A stretch of DNA of 62,052 nucleotides, the filler included, from Candidatus Omnitrophota bacterium (GTDB taxonomy: Bacteria; Omnitrophota; Gorgyraeia; Zapsychrales; JBDRMG01), in NCBI GenBank assembly GCA_043812495.1. It is 7 parts of 7 records of this genome, joined end to end, with 100 filler letters (N's around TTAATTAATTAA, not from the genome) between each part and the next. Parts side by side here need not be neighbours in the genome. Positions count along the whole stretch, not along the records: positions 1 to 13,263 come from JBDRMG010000019.1; positions 13,364 to 26,871 come from JBDRMG010000025.1; 5 more parts are not named here. One strand, written 5' to 3'. The notes under the pieces are model-generated. The model was not told the origin of the DNA and searched no databases. It saw only the letters and a list, made by a program, of their open reading frames with translations. Every line of letters begins with the position of its first letter. The stretch's first letter is position 1. A program made the position numbers and the translations under genes. Below, piece by piece: positions 12,001 to 17,678 of the stretch.

Positions 12001-13262
12001 GAAACGATAGACTCGATGTCGGCGCGGAACCTTTTGGCCAATGAGCCGGGGATGCTTTGATTCAGCTGAGGTAAATCAATGTCTCTGTATTTGTTTTCAT
12101 GTTCGCTGAGTTGCAAAGAAAGCACATTGCGCGCCTTAATCCTCTTGTCTTTGATTCTGTTGAATATGGATCGGACAGAATCACGAATACTTTTCAGGCC
12201 TGCAAAGGCATACGAAAAAGCCTCTGCGTCGTGTCCGTCGCTTGAGTAGAAATGGTCTAACGGGCTATTCCGGGCCTGCCACGCCTTCCTTCGATCGGTA
12301 ATGGTACTTAATTCATCGTCTAAAATGACGCCCCATTCTTTGGCCTGGTCAATCATGGCCTGAATATTTTCCTCCATATGGTGTAACCGTTTCTCGTTTT
12401 TCTTCGCGTCTTTGGTCAGGGGCCTATCGTTAGGGAATTTTCGTTCGCAGGGCAAATAAGGATCTTGAGCTTTTTCATCCTGAAAGGTCTTCTGTCTGTG
12501 GTGCTTTTCTGTAATACGGCGGACTTCACTTACCAGCGCTTCTTCGGATAAAACCTCTCCAAAGAGTTGCCTGACCCTCTCGATGACCTCATCTGTAATC
12601 CACGCGGTCATGGACGAAAGCCCTTCGGGTCCTCGGAAATCACTCCAAAAAGTTGTTATTAGTTTTCGGCTTTCCTCTTCGGCGCGTTCACGGACGATTT
12701 TGATCTGCCGGCCGATCCAATATTGGTCGGCATCCACTTCTTCTTGTTCCTCTGAGGTCTCAACTTCTTCTTCAGGCTTGACGTGACTTTGGATGGCCAT
12801 TTCTAAGGTAAGACCCTTTTTAAGTTTAATACGTTCAATTTCCCTAAATCGCTCTGGAGATAGAATGGTCGGATCGGCAGCCTCTTTGCCTTGGAATTGA
12901 GAGAAGAAAGCTTTGGCTTGCGTGATATCTGCATTATACGCAAGCCCCCCCTTATCTTGATGCGAATCGATCGTCGCCAAATAAATCGTGTTATGATAAA
13001 GATTGATGACATAAAAAATAGATTGCTTGGGAATACGGATGTGACCGACGTTGGGAACATCGATATTCTTAAACCGCCCGATGACTTTATTTGCCACATC
13101 CTGCGTGTACGCCATATAATGGATAATCCAAATCTTTGCGGCAACAACAGGCTTTAATACCGCCGGCAAAGTATCCCAATCCTGCATGAATCGTTTGGAG
13201 GGGATAATGTCAAAGGATTGCTGCTGATTGGCCCGTACCATGGCGAGGACCGCCAGCGCCAA
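3..13262 (-). CDS. Giant modular multi-domain protein, partial at both ends (>=4420 aa), with hydrophobic repeats separating unrelated domains
   Basis: Manual reading of + strand triplets starting at positions divisible by 3 from 3 to 13260 found no TTA/CTA/TCA, so this minus frame has no stop. It runs off the window edge and into the contig end, which probably explains its absence from the ORF track. The translation contains recognisable motifs (methyltransferase, CheR-like, kinase-like). Confidence 0.93.
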   Translation of the reverse strand, partial: MALAVLAMVRANQQQSFDIIPSKRFMQDWDTLPAVLKPVVAAKIWIIHYMAYTQDVANKVIGRFKNIDVPNVGHIRIPKQSIFYVINLYHNTIYLATIDSHQDKGGLAYNADITQAKAFFSQFQGKEAADPTILSPERFREIERIKLKKGLTLEMAIQSHVKPEEEVETSEEQEEVDADQYWIGRQIKIVRERAEEESRKLITTFWSDFRGPEGLSSMTAWITDEVIERVRQLFGEVLSEEALVSEVRRITEKHHRQKTFQDEKAQDPYLPCERKFPNDRPLTKDAKKNEKRLHHMEENIQAMIDQAKEWGVILDDELSTITDRRKAWQARNSPLDHFYSSDGHDAEAFSYAFAGLKSIRDSVRSIFNRIKDKRIKARNVLSLQLSEHENKYRDIDLPQLNQSIPGSLAKRFRADIESIVSVERYDDFERTENRLDADVKRFGQITGILIRLDSLWRTREDLGGERDQKEEATHTSLLTYFNEINESTTPEEKLRKANECLETLKKEIEEAQARKAQMLARTRETFDGIIKKVSQRAYIVPEILFDVFQETFGGSYAQSDLIGTEENNYLTLRSNLEKKAKEEPGSKAAQLYEVLFPQRGKEDMMKEQWMAFLTGLKALVLVPEVALLRLPEDAFASLSTQAWDETIFSISSVYRDMLYFASKFMEKTDEGLLEVLKGNQQAYDDDLTFWRFLIFPFDLEPRDYEELAEFFDDLRLEKTFRLRGNMVSARETFQAVKQEKSRETKEFANLFANQGDTPALVVMLDILFGTLKDTAYAIFEDIREKFFGWYGEQLKAEGRLKDFHTEFDIFLAQMKIIHDQWQGSLSEITVKRAEDQTSLRWTVRHPSFPVSEFNQFLFDLPEPMAIQPEETGIRDMTTCFDSKQYEGVSRRIGFKDVEVFAVKHKIAIYLGPWGYRLAKEDIRLLAADGTELTRFQNEAMRDYLILQMFVTILLLTKCVGRFSFEYKMIFSADEISGFSSDGGVVKIDRQTGRIKVVSPNNTEQVETDRVIIDQGYLEARWAKALVDSYFSGHAPILKLPTLKEALAADFTFKEESSEAKDNESKTEPGEGDPINHIFILSGDLSGWLIIGLLVGVGILGIVCTFDYPGLVFKKTPKPAVTLRREIGNASFEIIRITKGPGGIADLDHHERELLPGRIEELLKGVLVHAPSDQSIEVVLIPEARQEVFTIEVRKKPDVIVFTISWRLLEDNIPAVVLSDIFDCQGAERLKALTQGLTQEQARQAAFKASEEYFKAHHEELIEYVKAARSSGLPIEIKRDYLEHLISLQFDWRIPKGLHEGMYRGLNQKAGECGLEDVHIFYLRRGWDGERRGLFAAMEFFEELDLDWQEHRDLLIASSIVFVTIDDGPDEIIQMVSREIINNTSLVELVHFSDGSKPKDGSLFWIKLVHAALLEICSCYYDAHAPVELYTNRVKPIFIELIQKDPAYAGRLFNEVPITFGLKHGEEWITKLFNSFISLHSDEPIISFDDIARVTVELNTERVFQLLYQISPVCEIDPDQLEENNKICLIRAVHRLSPQKIEPLMQRIDVLLAEPIEGRCTERYAQDVMRVVLEYTRKHIVISSGGSGSTSISSLMIPFDFALTSPDFFLAAGMAAGVGILMIWMMSVPVLTIKTQTVYLDDNKRSSELILCCLLERLSKHLEHSIGRQLVGPKDDYAKGRFWWIQKNVAEIQITGNQGSSLINSELINCFVFQRNFGYISDIGNFVALGLKPMAKRTGNIGIQKKSHVLSRKGDSSSLARSAAKERQAWISSSVRGGYSSLILSGVNPKDNASNTTYTGVRVPLTHGLPCWISGLATILSKRLLTFITSWPLRFLSNLLDSGNISKKSISYAPSAVNLLLPAVPFNLTLPSPEFLLAAVLMILGVGVAMMVRVKKSDDPLQSFREEWTKRGRDESLYPNLLGYEDFAEKYESEIYIAMRGTLGRQFEERGIDKRITGQFLKYFSYTDLFCRKYQGNYDRVLNMLAKGTDRLLLGMFDVFLKHLALVGETQAESYFLREQYNVVDFDNIIRCILNEKRKTSNRKINILIAGCGFGQEIISWKTLVRRGLKRSISDFEEFELEFIGMDKNETVIRGAEQRLKKGYDILTALSDNKARNGIIVKLRLDVMDEFNARPDEFNRNIRLIACEMPSSAFSALLKEVDLLVINRVIGQMHDETIKARLFKEIRSVAKPGGHLHVAGSDFRDYPILSSDEPGEHLRNHMILFDFGVASMESMVGAILFMLGIGVWAMVHSRNGEKSDHNTNISFGIDAEPFKHARSFILSAVSTHITKPKAVLVDIGSADSKLSKDIEGKNSQMTTYSVDAYFDKKGDPRHRVAKAEQMPFGDEFSDGVIFSFSLSYMKKNDAFQEASRILKPNGKVILILHHPDSFLLSGTAEDAPLQLTILEFILNYLKMAIGQEIPEISINEFGLISYSINRINYDVAKHELMLLGKAALELCYVHKPELGENAYVLRPLPERISEGERLISKTEQKIENVQEAKELFEFLQRRVFQDEQEIRSFLKKHGFGLLEDIVTIHVNDSQNNLLAWGVIAQKDLDRKNSVREFRGFIGFDFTLTSPESMLGALLVMVGFGVAMAIAHNKEDESEAWGLDLLRLRGVLENLLFVEFDSQKAREFYIKQFVLWAEKIGIGRGIRPLLFERERILKLREEVRLRAAGQYISLGAIRSLILEVLRSDDIEYDNLQAIVDFLIDAGGDQAVRVKLKSNVPISIDHSSGTSKIPSRGAIQKSEEIVRIIDMLDLQLIPDDVRVYRSVMRPYAGLPGTMSVNQSNWGVGESGFIDAKRAARVFHSNPSRDDVVIIQTTVGELRKRGVLIPAYAMMSEILLTHKEGERGRVRFDSMRDYPEEDEDKQDYKIVLPLGFDFSFTSPESMLAVVLVMMGIGIVGIMKNFKDEQGDPLEIEVTRMKTNLQDPLVYSQSAGPDACDIQQLFRQRRFLLKSLARLFGKKDCNLKGKIKVGYSFVSEDAFTQVYYARIELADQSIYEMALKAARGQFKEGYVDFLQTVSSKTSLIPRFGAFAKVANFEFYSEQWLGGFRDYHDLLHVSHRESSVAIQARRDIVRGSLELFKVFSDCGHFVFFDPLRFHDMMFHFDETEEKWMGPVFTSLHRLCQTDIGGLMKQLRFLYEASYVEVDKQEITRVAQAALKNDASSRSKNDGKRLDIVIPLDFLLTSLEILLAAVLIIMGVGIWSIFKRKRAGEKGGNVFQKSEGREIRLVFEASGNTFFTREGKTILFAPFLNLSKDMQSLLDEVTGSRLPEGEYYLAGDGSHTIGIVKMALIDPGDIADDDLRLKIQHAACRAHHFDQLLTDEEGQRDGRVAGFIASNCIRVIEYLTFVDAAFDEFLINLGLVRNEYLYAASFQPAIYEFSVSYAEVDPGQNLMACVIQIAEDTNPSSDASSKARFENGICLGVGNFSDIFNFDFASPCFLLAAGMVMAGCAMALGMVHRFPQDKNEKDGGLTDAIRYVNDLLKKHPEGSINDDTDRTAFQKVCRENKKIFLLWAMVYPVNESFIDRRAAREINARYAGSVFELMYIYEPDFTKRVFAFNGMGKPAWNIAKDSEENKFAISEDLGVIFAMKPGHLKFDVLPDNWKNRFTLVSFDIEVQMDDSLFRRTTNPEEAIEGISYKEEERMVDDYIERINPWKNELQGDPYLYQRPRQEKWALRFPENYKRLIKAFLEYAFSYNQPSRFSLNELAMPSMMASYSLTALRAFDPFVILSMQVYARKLKRMGFDRKSQNLIRYFIDYNLENPNIHKADMRPDFRFTHQEHVRLLKEQLKLCVKYKITDRCGGYDYPLAPRIILEWKGRFTKEEFQELTELMVEALDAILDKVFSEGKIEILEVIRALRLRDEKTLGLIKEIVGDVKFSERFPEVRRLAEEVLGELTGEDSNSGKSGELLGVSFLPHGVPSFDFTSPDSLLAAVVMMLGFGVAMVFHNRRRGSVRDNPAIMGALEKLRDEYLLSQKASAQGKIPTEEQLVKYRALAAKLTMGEGQEDKDALNEIIDAEQRDGLEPDYYVGPMFPGDALEQDLCSLKGFHVVPIYRNPYPSDKEALSPKEAFDRIYNQVLVRQSKTPKIVIRMTGRPGAQGPAFAKRLSEGLSGKDIKIIMLDPSEFDWDMEPFPKGAFEDGIKGAITGKGSADAYAVALFLDNKHRVDHIQKMVDYYKTKYDVLIVHLPYGRFGRPLTDEGFKGDIHIFVEREEIERLEALSRYAVDFAEYNSRHDRYLIDPDRSQADFIIDMTLRSSRLPKEWANRGRQIVMIYDRITQETLSELLEKALWHYPRHYQRIRESILKAADYLNMATECEQLLSHIEIGEDEEIFDEEFTAPLKTAPPAVRPGYAINATLLNIIESRLFFLDVPLEKIKQIKDILSQNEYRAVKTSQGYLLNTDLIELARILRI
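1410..1478 (-). repeat. Linker repeat R1: FDFTSPDSLLAAVVMMLGFGVAM
   Basis: Translated in the giant frame; followed by VFHNRRRG. Confidence 0.9.
2874..2948 (-). repeat. Linker repeat R2: FDFASPCFLLAAGMVMAGCAMALGM
   Basis: Same frame; DNA core ccgccgccaggaggaagcagggggaggcgaagtcaaag closely matches R1. Confidence 0.9.
3639..3710 (-). repeat. Linker repeat R3: LDFLLTSLEILLAAVLIIMGVGIW
   Basis: Same frame; followed by SIFKRKR. Confidence 0.85.
4545..4625 (-). repeat. Linker repeat R4: FDFSFTSPESMLAVVLVMMGIGIVGIM
   Basis: Same frame; DNA core cagcatggattcgggagaggtga nearly identical to R5. Confidence 0.9.
5481..5555 (-). repeat. Linker repeat R5: FDFTLTSPESMLGALLVMVGFGVAM
   Basis: Same frame. 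Confidence 0.9.
6516..6593 (-). repeat. Linker repeat R6: FDFGVASMESMVGAILFMLGIGVWAM
   Basis: Same frame, more diverged. Confidence 0.85.
7593..7670 (-). repeat. Linker repeat R7: FNLTLPSPEFLLAAVLMILGVGVAMM
   Basis: Same frame; followed by VRVKK. Confidence 0.9.
7693..7721 (+). promoter_or_regulatory. Sigma70-type promoter for the TA operon with a palindromic spacer (possible operator)
   Basis: TTGACA (7693-7698), 17-nt spacer, TATGCT (7716-7721) preceded by TGn; spacer contains CGCTC-G-GAGCG. Confidence 0.75.
7783..8025 (+). CDS. DUF433-family antitoxin (80 aa)
   Basis: RIVANPDIQHGKPCVKGTRTPVYVVLEALSLG...EEYPPLTDEDIQACLSFAA is the DUF433 pattern. ATG 7783 follows AGAGG and the promoter, so the track's upstream GTG start is unlikely. 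Confidence 0.92.
   Translation: MKVNNLLDRIVANPDIQHGKPCVKGTRTPVYVVLEALSLGLTPDKIKEEYPPLTDEDIQACLSFAALLANEEESPLRLKT
8022..8375 (+). CDS. DUF5615 / VapC45-like PIN-domain toxin
   Basis: MRLLLDADVP...GHEVADV...DEAIYKLA...RTLITRDLDF...GIIVLR; ATGA overlap with the DUF433 gene. Confidence 0.9.
   Translation: MRLLLDADVPRSFGHRLKSEGHEVADVRDISKIPLKDEAIYKLAIDERRTLITRDLDFSNILLYPPKPTFGIIVLRTYQLSTDGMFEVLRQSLQKTTEDKLRGTLVIVQIDRLRFYR
8388..8471 (-). repeat. Linker repeat R8: FDFALTSPDFFLAAGMAAGVGILMIWMM
   Basis: Same frame; ends 12 nt from the toxin stop codon. Confidence 0.9.
9954..10041 (-). repeat. Divergent hydrophobic linker R9: HIFILSGDLSGWLIIGLLVGVGILGIVC
   Basis: Same frame; GVGI hydrophobic helix after a polar linker, no FDF..SP motif. 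Confidence 0.6.
13239..13262 (-). repeat. Probable truncated linker at contig end (LALAVLAM)
   Basis: Hydrophobic run ending in AM like the other copies; the contig breaks here. Confidence 0.55.
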
Positions 13263-13263
13263 A

Positions 13264-13363
13264 NNNNNNNNNNNNNNNNNNNNNNNNNNNNNNNNNNNNN
13301 NNNNNNNTTAATTAATTAANNNNNNNNNNNNNNNNNNNNNNNNNNNNNNNNNNNNNNNNNNNN
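13264..13363. other. Artificial contig spacer; identical spacers at 26872-26971, 33442-33541, 38427-38526, 40965-41064, 57603-57702
   Basis: N44-TTAATTAATTAA-N44, with stops in all six frames. Confidence 0.98.
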
Positions 13364-13364
13364 A

Positions 13365-14363
13365 TGGGTGTTCATATTCTTTAAGTCTTTCAGAAAACCA
13401 AGAAAATTAGATGAGCTCATTGTTTGGATCCAAATGATCCTCGGAATACTCTTTATCTTGCCAATTTGCCGGGCGCAATTTGAATTTACTATACGTTACA
13501 CTCTATTTATTGCGGCTATCGGATATTTGGCGCTTGGAAAAATCATGTTAATGTGGAAAAACAAAACAGTTTACATCCATACGATTAAGACTATTTGCTT
13601 ATTATCGGCGTTTTTGTCGGTTTTGTTGATGTCTTTTTCTGTGTGGCCGATTTATCGCCTAGATTACGCCTTGGAAGATCGATTACAGGGCAAATTTTCT
13701 TCCGGGTATAAGTATCTTAGGCACGGGACATGGTACTTGGGTTATTTAGCACTTTTTTGGGAAATAGTTGATACACTAACTTTAGCCAACGCTTCAGGGC
13801 TAAATTGCTTTATCTCATCTTCTTGGCAGCCATTTTGGGTTACGCCTTTTTACGGAAGTCGGTTGCAGAATAAAATTTGGAATTTTCAAGAAAATCCCCC
13901 CGGCAAGCCGGATATCTGTTTCTTCTCCTATTTAGAAAAGGGGAAGATGTCTATCGGGAAAGCCTTAACCCTTGAAGAAGTCGCATTGGATCCTGACTAT
14001 CAACTCATTGCACATCGTTTGGGATGCTATCTTTTTATCCATCAGACAGCCTTGAACAAACAAGAACGTAAAGAACATTTGATGAAATGGTATGAAGAAA
14101 ATACTCCTCAAGAGAATATCACGCTGATGGTAAACGCGCTTAAAGGTATCAATATCAACGTTCCCATTATTGTCAACGGGTTTTGGGGCCATAACTTAAG
14201 ATATCTTGAATTAAGAGAATTGATTAAGAATCGTCTTTTCTGGATCCCGGAGGAGCTCAACGATGCTCTTGTCAAGAAGGAGCGCATGAAAAAATATTAT
14301 CTTTTTGATGAGTCAGAGAAAAGTTTCAGGTTATTCCAAGGAAAGATTGAAAAAGGTCAATGA
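13365..14363 (+). CDS. Hypothetical membrane protein, 5'-truncated by contig start
   Basis: Several N-terminal TM segments followed by a soluble region; frame open to the contig edge. Confidence 0.65.
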   Translation, partial: WVFIFFKSFRKPRKLDELIVWIQMILGILFILPICRAQFEFTIRYTLFIAAIGYLALGKIMLMWKNKTVYIHTIKTICLLSAFLSVLLMSFSVWPIYRLDYALEDRLQGKFSSGYKYLRHGTWYLGYLALFWEIVDTLTLANASGLNCFISSSWQPFWVTPFYGSRLQNKIWNFQENPPGKPDICFFSYLEKGKMSIGKALTLEEVALDPDYQLIAHRLGCYLFIHQTALNKQERKEHLMKWYEENTPQENITLMVNALKGININVPIIVNGFWGHNLRYLELRELIKNRLFWIPEELNDALVKKERMKKYYLFDESEKSFRLFQGKIEKGQ

Positions 14364-14489
14364 ATGATGAATAAGGCGGCCCGAGAAAAGGCTGGATCAG
14401 ATATTCTTCTATTTTCTATTATGATCACTTGTTCTTGCGTTCATTTTGCGATGAATGGCGGCTTATATTTAAGAGCCTTTCTGTTTTTC

Positions 14490-14518
14490 TTGCGTTTATG
14501 GGGACATATCATTATGAT
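14490..14518 (+). promoter_or_regulatory. Sigma70-type promoter for the mtnA operon
   Basis: TTGCGT-17nt-TATGAT; GAGGTG SD before ATG 14550. Confidence 0.55.
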
Positions 14519-14549
14519 ATTAGTAAAAATTTAAGAGGTGGTTTCCTTT

Positions 14550-15605
14550 ATGGCCATTTACACAATCCGCTGGATTAACAATTCGATTAAAATCATCGAT
14601 CAACGGAAACTTCCCGGCGAACTTAAATATCTATCCTGCCGGGACCTTCAAACACTTTGGAATGCTATTAAAACGCTGGCCGTGCGCGGAGCGCCGGCAA
14701 TCGGTGTCGCGGCCGCTTTTGGCGTATTATTGGCGGCAGAAAAATTCAGGGGTAACAAAAGGAAACTTTTTGATCAGAAAATCCTACAGGCCTGTCAATA
14801 TCTGGGTTCCTCCCGTCCGACAGCCGTCAATTTATTCAACGCCCTTGATCGGATGAAGAAAGTTGTACGTGAAAATCCTTTTCATTCCGTTAGAGAAATA
14901 AGACAGCTTCTTAAAAAGGAAGCCTTAATGATCTTTGAAGAAGACCGAAGAGTTTGCCGCCAAATGGGACAGCAGGGAGCTAAGCTGATTAAAAACAACA
15001 GCCAAATTCTGACCGCGTGTAATGCCGGGGCTTTGGCAACGGTTGATTATGGAACAGCGCTTGGCGTTATGTATTCGGCCAAGGCCCAAGGAAAGAAATT
15101 CAAAGTCTATTCTTGCGAAACGCGGCCCCTTCTTCAGGGAGCGCGTTTGACGACCTGGGAACTATTACGTCAAGGAATTGATGCGACGTTGATTTGCGAT
15201 AACATGGCTGCGACCTTGATGCAACAGGGAAAGATCGACGCTGTCATAACCGGAGCTGATCGCATTGCCCGAAACGGGGATGCCGCCAACAAAATCGGCA
15301 CCTACAGTTTGGCCGTCTTAGCGCGCCATCACCGTATTCCTTTCTATATCGCGGCGCCACTTTCAACTTTTGATGCGCGCATCCAAACAGGAAAAGATAT
15401 TCCTATCGAACAAAGAAATCCCGATGAGGTGACGCATTTTGCCGGTCAGCGCATTGCCCCAAAGAAAACAAAAGTCTATAATCCGGCCTTTGATGTTACG
15501 GATCATACCCTGATTACGGCGATTGTGACCGAATACGGGATCCTCAAGCCGCCTTTTCTTAAGAAAATTCAGGCCGTCTTAAAACGTTATGAAAAAAGAA
15601 CTTAA
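14550..15605 (+). CDS. mtnA: S-methyl-5-thioribose-1-phosphate isomerase
   Basis: VRGAPAIG, SRPTAVNL, CNAGALAT, ETRPLLQGARLT, NKIGTY motifs. Confidence 0.95.
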   Translation: MAIYTIRWINNSIKIIDQRKLPGELKYLSCRDLQTLWNAIKTLAVRGAPAIGVAAAFGVLLAAEKFRGNKRKLFDQKILQACQYLGSSRPTAVNLFNALDRMKKVVRENPFHSVREIRQLLKKEALMIFEEDRRVCRQMGQQGAKLIKNNSQILTACNAGALATVDYGTALGVMYSAKAQGKKFKVYSCETRPLLQGARLTTWELLRQGIDATLICDNMAATLMQQGKIDAVITGADRIARNGDAANKIGTYSLAVLARHHRIPFYIAAPLSTFDARIQTGKDIPIEQRNPDEVTHFAGQRIAPKKTKVYNPAFDVTDHTLITAIVTEYGILKPPFLKKIQAVLKRYEKRT

Positions 15606-16509
15606 AAAGACCTTGTCCAAAGTCGGAGAATTTGGACTGATTGAATTGCTGTCTCATTTTCAGTTTAAAACAAAAGGGCTTATCCATGGAATCGGCGATG
15701 ATGCGGCTGTTGTTGAGACAAGTCGTGAAGGAGTTCTTGTTCTCACCACGGATATGCTCATCGAGAGAATTCATTTTACAAAACAGATGGGCGCGTTTGC
15801 AATCGGCCGCAAGGCCCTGGCCTGCAGCTTAAGCGATATCGCGGCCATGGGCACAAGGCCTCGATGGGTCCTTGTTTCTTTAGGATTACCGAAAAATCTT
15901 TCGGTTGATTTTGTCAGAAAAATATATCAAGGCATGAACTATTGGGCGAAGAAATTTAGCGCGTCCATCATCGGTGGAGATATCGTTGAAAATGATAAAA
16001 TCATTATCAATGTGGTTTGCCTGGGCCAGGCCAAGAAACAAGAAGTGGTTTTGCGCTCGGGGGCCCAAAAAGGCGATCAAATTTTTGTCACAGGACCTTT
16101 AGGGAATTCTCTAAAAAGCGGTAAACATCTTTGGTTTAATCCTCGATTAGAAGAATCCCAATATCTTGTCAAAAACTTCAAACCCTCGGCCATGATCGAT
16201 ATCTCGGATGGGCTTGCGCAGGATTTGTCGCATATTCTAAAAGAAAGTCGGGTAGGAGCTATTCTTGGAAAAGAGATGATTCTCTTGAATGCCCGTAGCT
16301 CGATTCAACAAGCACTGTATGACGGTGAAGATTTTGAGCTGATCTTCACCCTTTCGCCTCAAAAAGCCAAGAAACTTATGGCCTCAAAGAACAAACGATT
16401 CAAATTCTACCTTATCGGAGAAATCACCGGACGGGCAGGACAATTGATCTTGCGTCGGAAAGACGGTCAAGAAAAACAGATTAGCGCGAAGGGTTTTACT
16501 CACTTTTAG
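15589..16509 (+). CDS. thiL: Thiamine-monophosphate kinase
   Basis: GEFGLIE, GIGDDAA, SDIAAMG, IDISDGL, GEDFEL. Confidence 0.95.
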   Translation: MKKELKKTLSKVGEFGLIELLSHFQFKTKGLIHGIGDDAAVVETSREGVLVLTTDMLIERIHFTKQMGAFAIGRKALACSLSDIAAMGTRPRWVLVSLGLPKNLSVDFVRKIYQGMNYWAKKFSASIIGGDIVENDKIIINVVCLGQAKKQEVVLRSGAQKGDQIFVTGPLGNSLKSGKHLWFNPRLEESQYLVKNFKPSAMIDISDGLAQDLSHILKESRVGAILGKEMILLNARSSIQQALYDGEDFELIFTLSPQKAKKLMASKNKRFKFYLIGEITGRAGQLILRRKDGQEKQISAKGFTHF

Positions 16510-16974
16510 ATGACAAAGAAAGAATTTCTTTCAAAAGATCCAAAAGATACGATTTTGTTAGGGCAGCGATTGGCTCGATATCTGAAGAAAGGCGATATCA
16601 TTTGCCTTTTGGGCGGGCTGGGAAGCGGAAAAACGACCTTGACCAAAGGCATTGCTCAAGGGCTCAAGTTCAATCCGAACAAAGTCCACAGCCCCTCATT
16701 TGTTTTCTTAAATATTTATGACGGTCGTTTTCCGCTTTATCATTTTGATCTTTACCGCATCAAGAAACCAAGCGAGATATTTTCGATCGGTTATGAAGAA
16801 TATTTATACGGAGAAGGTATTGCTGTGATCGAATGGGCGCAGAGACTCGAAGGATTATGGCCCAGGGAATATCTTGAAATTGATTTGTCCTTTAAAAAAG
16901 AGAATGAAAGAGCCATTGTCATAAAAGGGAAAGGCAAGCGAGCTCAGCGCATTCTCAAAGAATTTGCATTATGA
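16510..16974 (+). CDS. tsaE: tRNA t6A biosynthesis ATPase
   Basis: GGLGSGKTT, SPSF, YHFDLYR, IEW. Confidence 0.95.
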   Translation: MTKKEFLSKDPKDTILLGQRLARYLKKGDIICLLGGLGSGKTTLTKGIAQGLKFNPNKVHSPSFVFLNIYDGRFPLYHFDLYRIKKPSEIFSIGYEEYLYGEGIAVIEWAQRLEGLWPREYLEIDLSFKKENERAIVIKGKGKRAQRILKEFAL

Positions 16975-17678
16975 AAATATTGGCCCTGGAAACCTCAACA
17001 AAGAAATTTTCTTTGGCCATTGCCGAAGACAACAAAGTTCTTCTTTCAAAAAACACGAAGCTCAAGAAAGTCTTGTCGTCATCGATTATTCCTTCCATCA
17101 AAAAATTACTTGATCAGGCTCGCGTGCCCTTATCTTGCGTGGATGGTTTTGCCGTTGGCCTGGGGCCGGGATCATTTACAAGCCTCAGGGTTGGCTTGGC
17201 CACGGTCAAGGGTTTGTGTTTGGCTATGCAAAAACCGGTCGTTGGGATAGGTAGTTTGGATTTGATCGCCATGAATGCAAAAGTGAAATCCGATGAGCAA
17301 ATCTGTGTTTTGTGTGATGCCAAACGCAATCTCCTGTATGCTTGTTTTTATGTATGTCAAAAAGGCGAACTCAAACGCACAAGCGATTATATGCTTGCGG
17401 ATATTCAAGAAATTATGAAGAAAGTAGAAAAAGATACCCACTTTATCGGAGATGGTATTAAACTATTTGAAGAAGAGATCAAAAAGGCCGTGGAAGCCAG
17501 AAGGACTCAAGGTCATGGGAATCTGACCTGTACATTTGCCAAAGAAAAAGATTGGTATCCCCAAGCTCGACATCTGGCCTTTCTTGCGCACCAACGGTTT
17601 CAGAAGAAACAATACGATCGCGCGGATCAGTTGATCCCACTTTATCTTTATCCCGATGACTGTCAAATCAAACGATGA
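16971..17678 (+). CDS. tsaB: tRNA t6A biosynthesis protein
   Basis: ILALETS, GPGSFTSLRVG, DAKR, PLYL. Confidence 0.93.
   Translation: MKILALETSTKKFSLAIAEDNKVLLSKNTKLKKVLSSSIIPSIKKLLDQARVPLSCVDGFAVGLGPGSFTSLRVGLATVKGLCLAMQKPVVGIGSLDLIAMNAKVKSDEQICVLCDAKRNLLYACFYVCQKGELKRTSDYMLADIQEIMKKVEKDTHFIGDGIKLFEEEIKKAVEARRTQGHGNLTCTFAKEKDWYPQARHLAFLAHQRFQKKQYDRADQLIPLYLYPDDCQIKR

Noticed and set aside
402..13157. Many short track ORFs in contig 1 (e.g. 402-908, 1360-1767, 2148-2678, 6694-7224)
   Set aside because: They are antisense or off-frame shadows of the giant minus-strand ORF with no family motifs. Only the DUF433/PIN pair has motifs, SD and promoter.
13308..13319. Recurring TTAATTAATTAA motif
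   Set aside because: It is the artificial contig joiner flanked by Ns.
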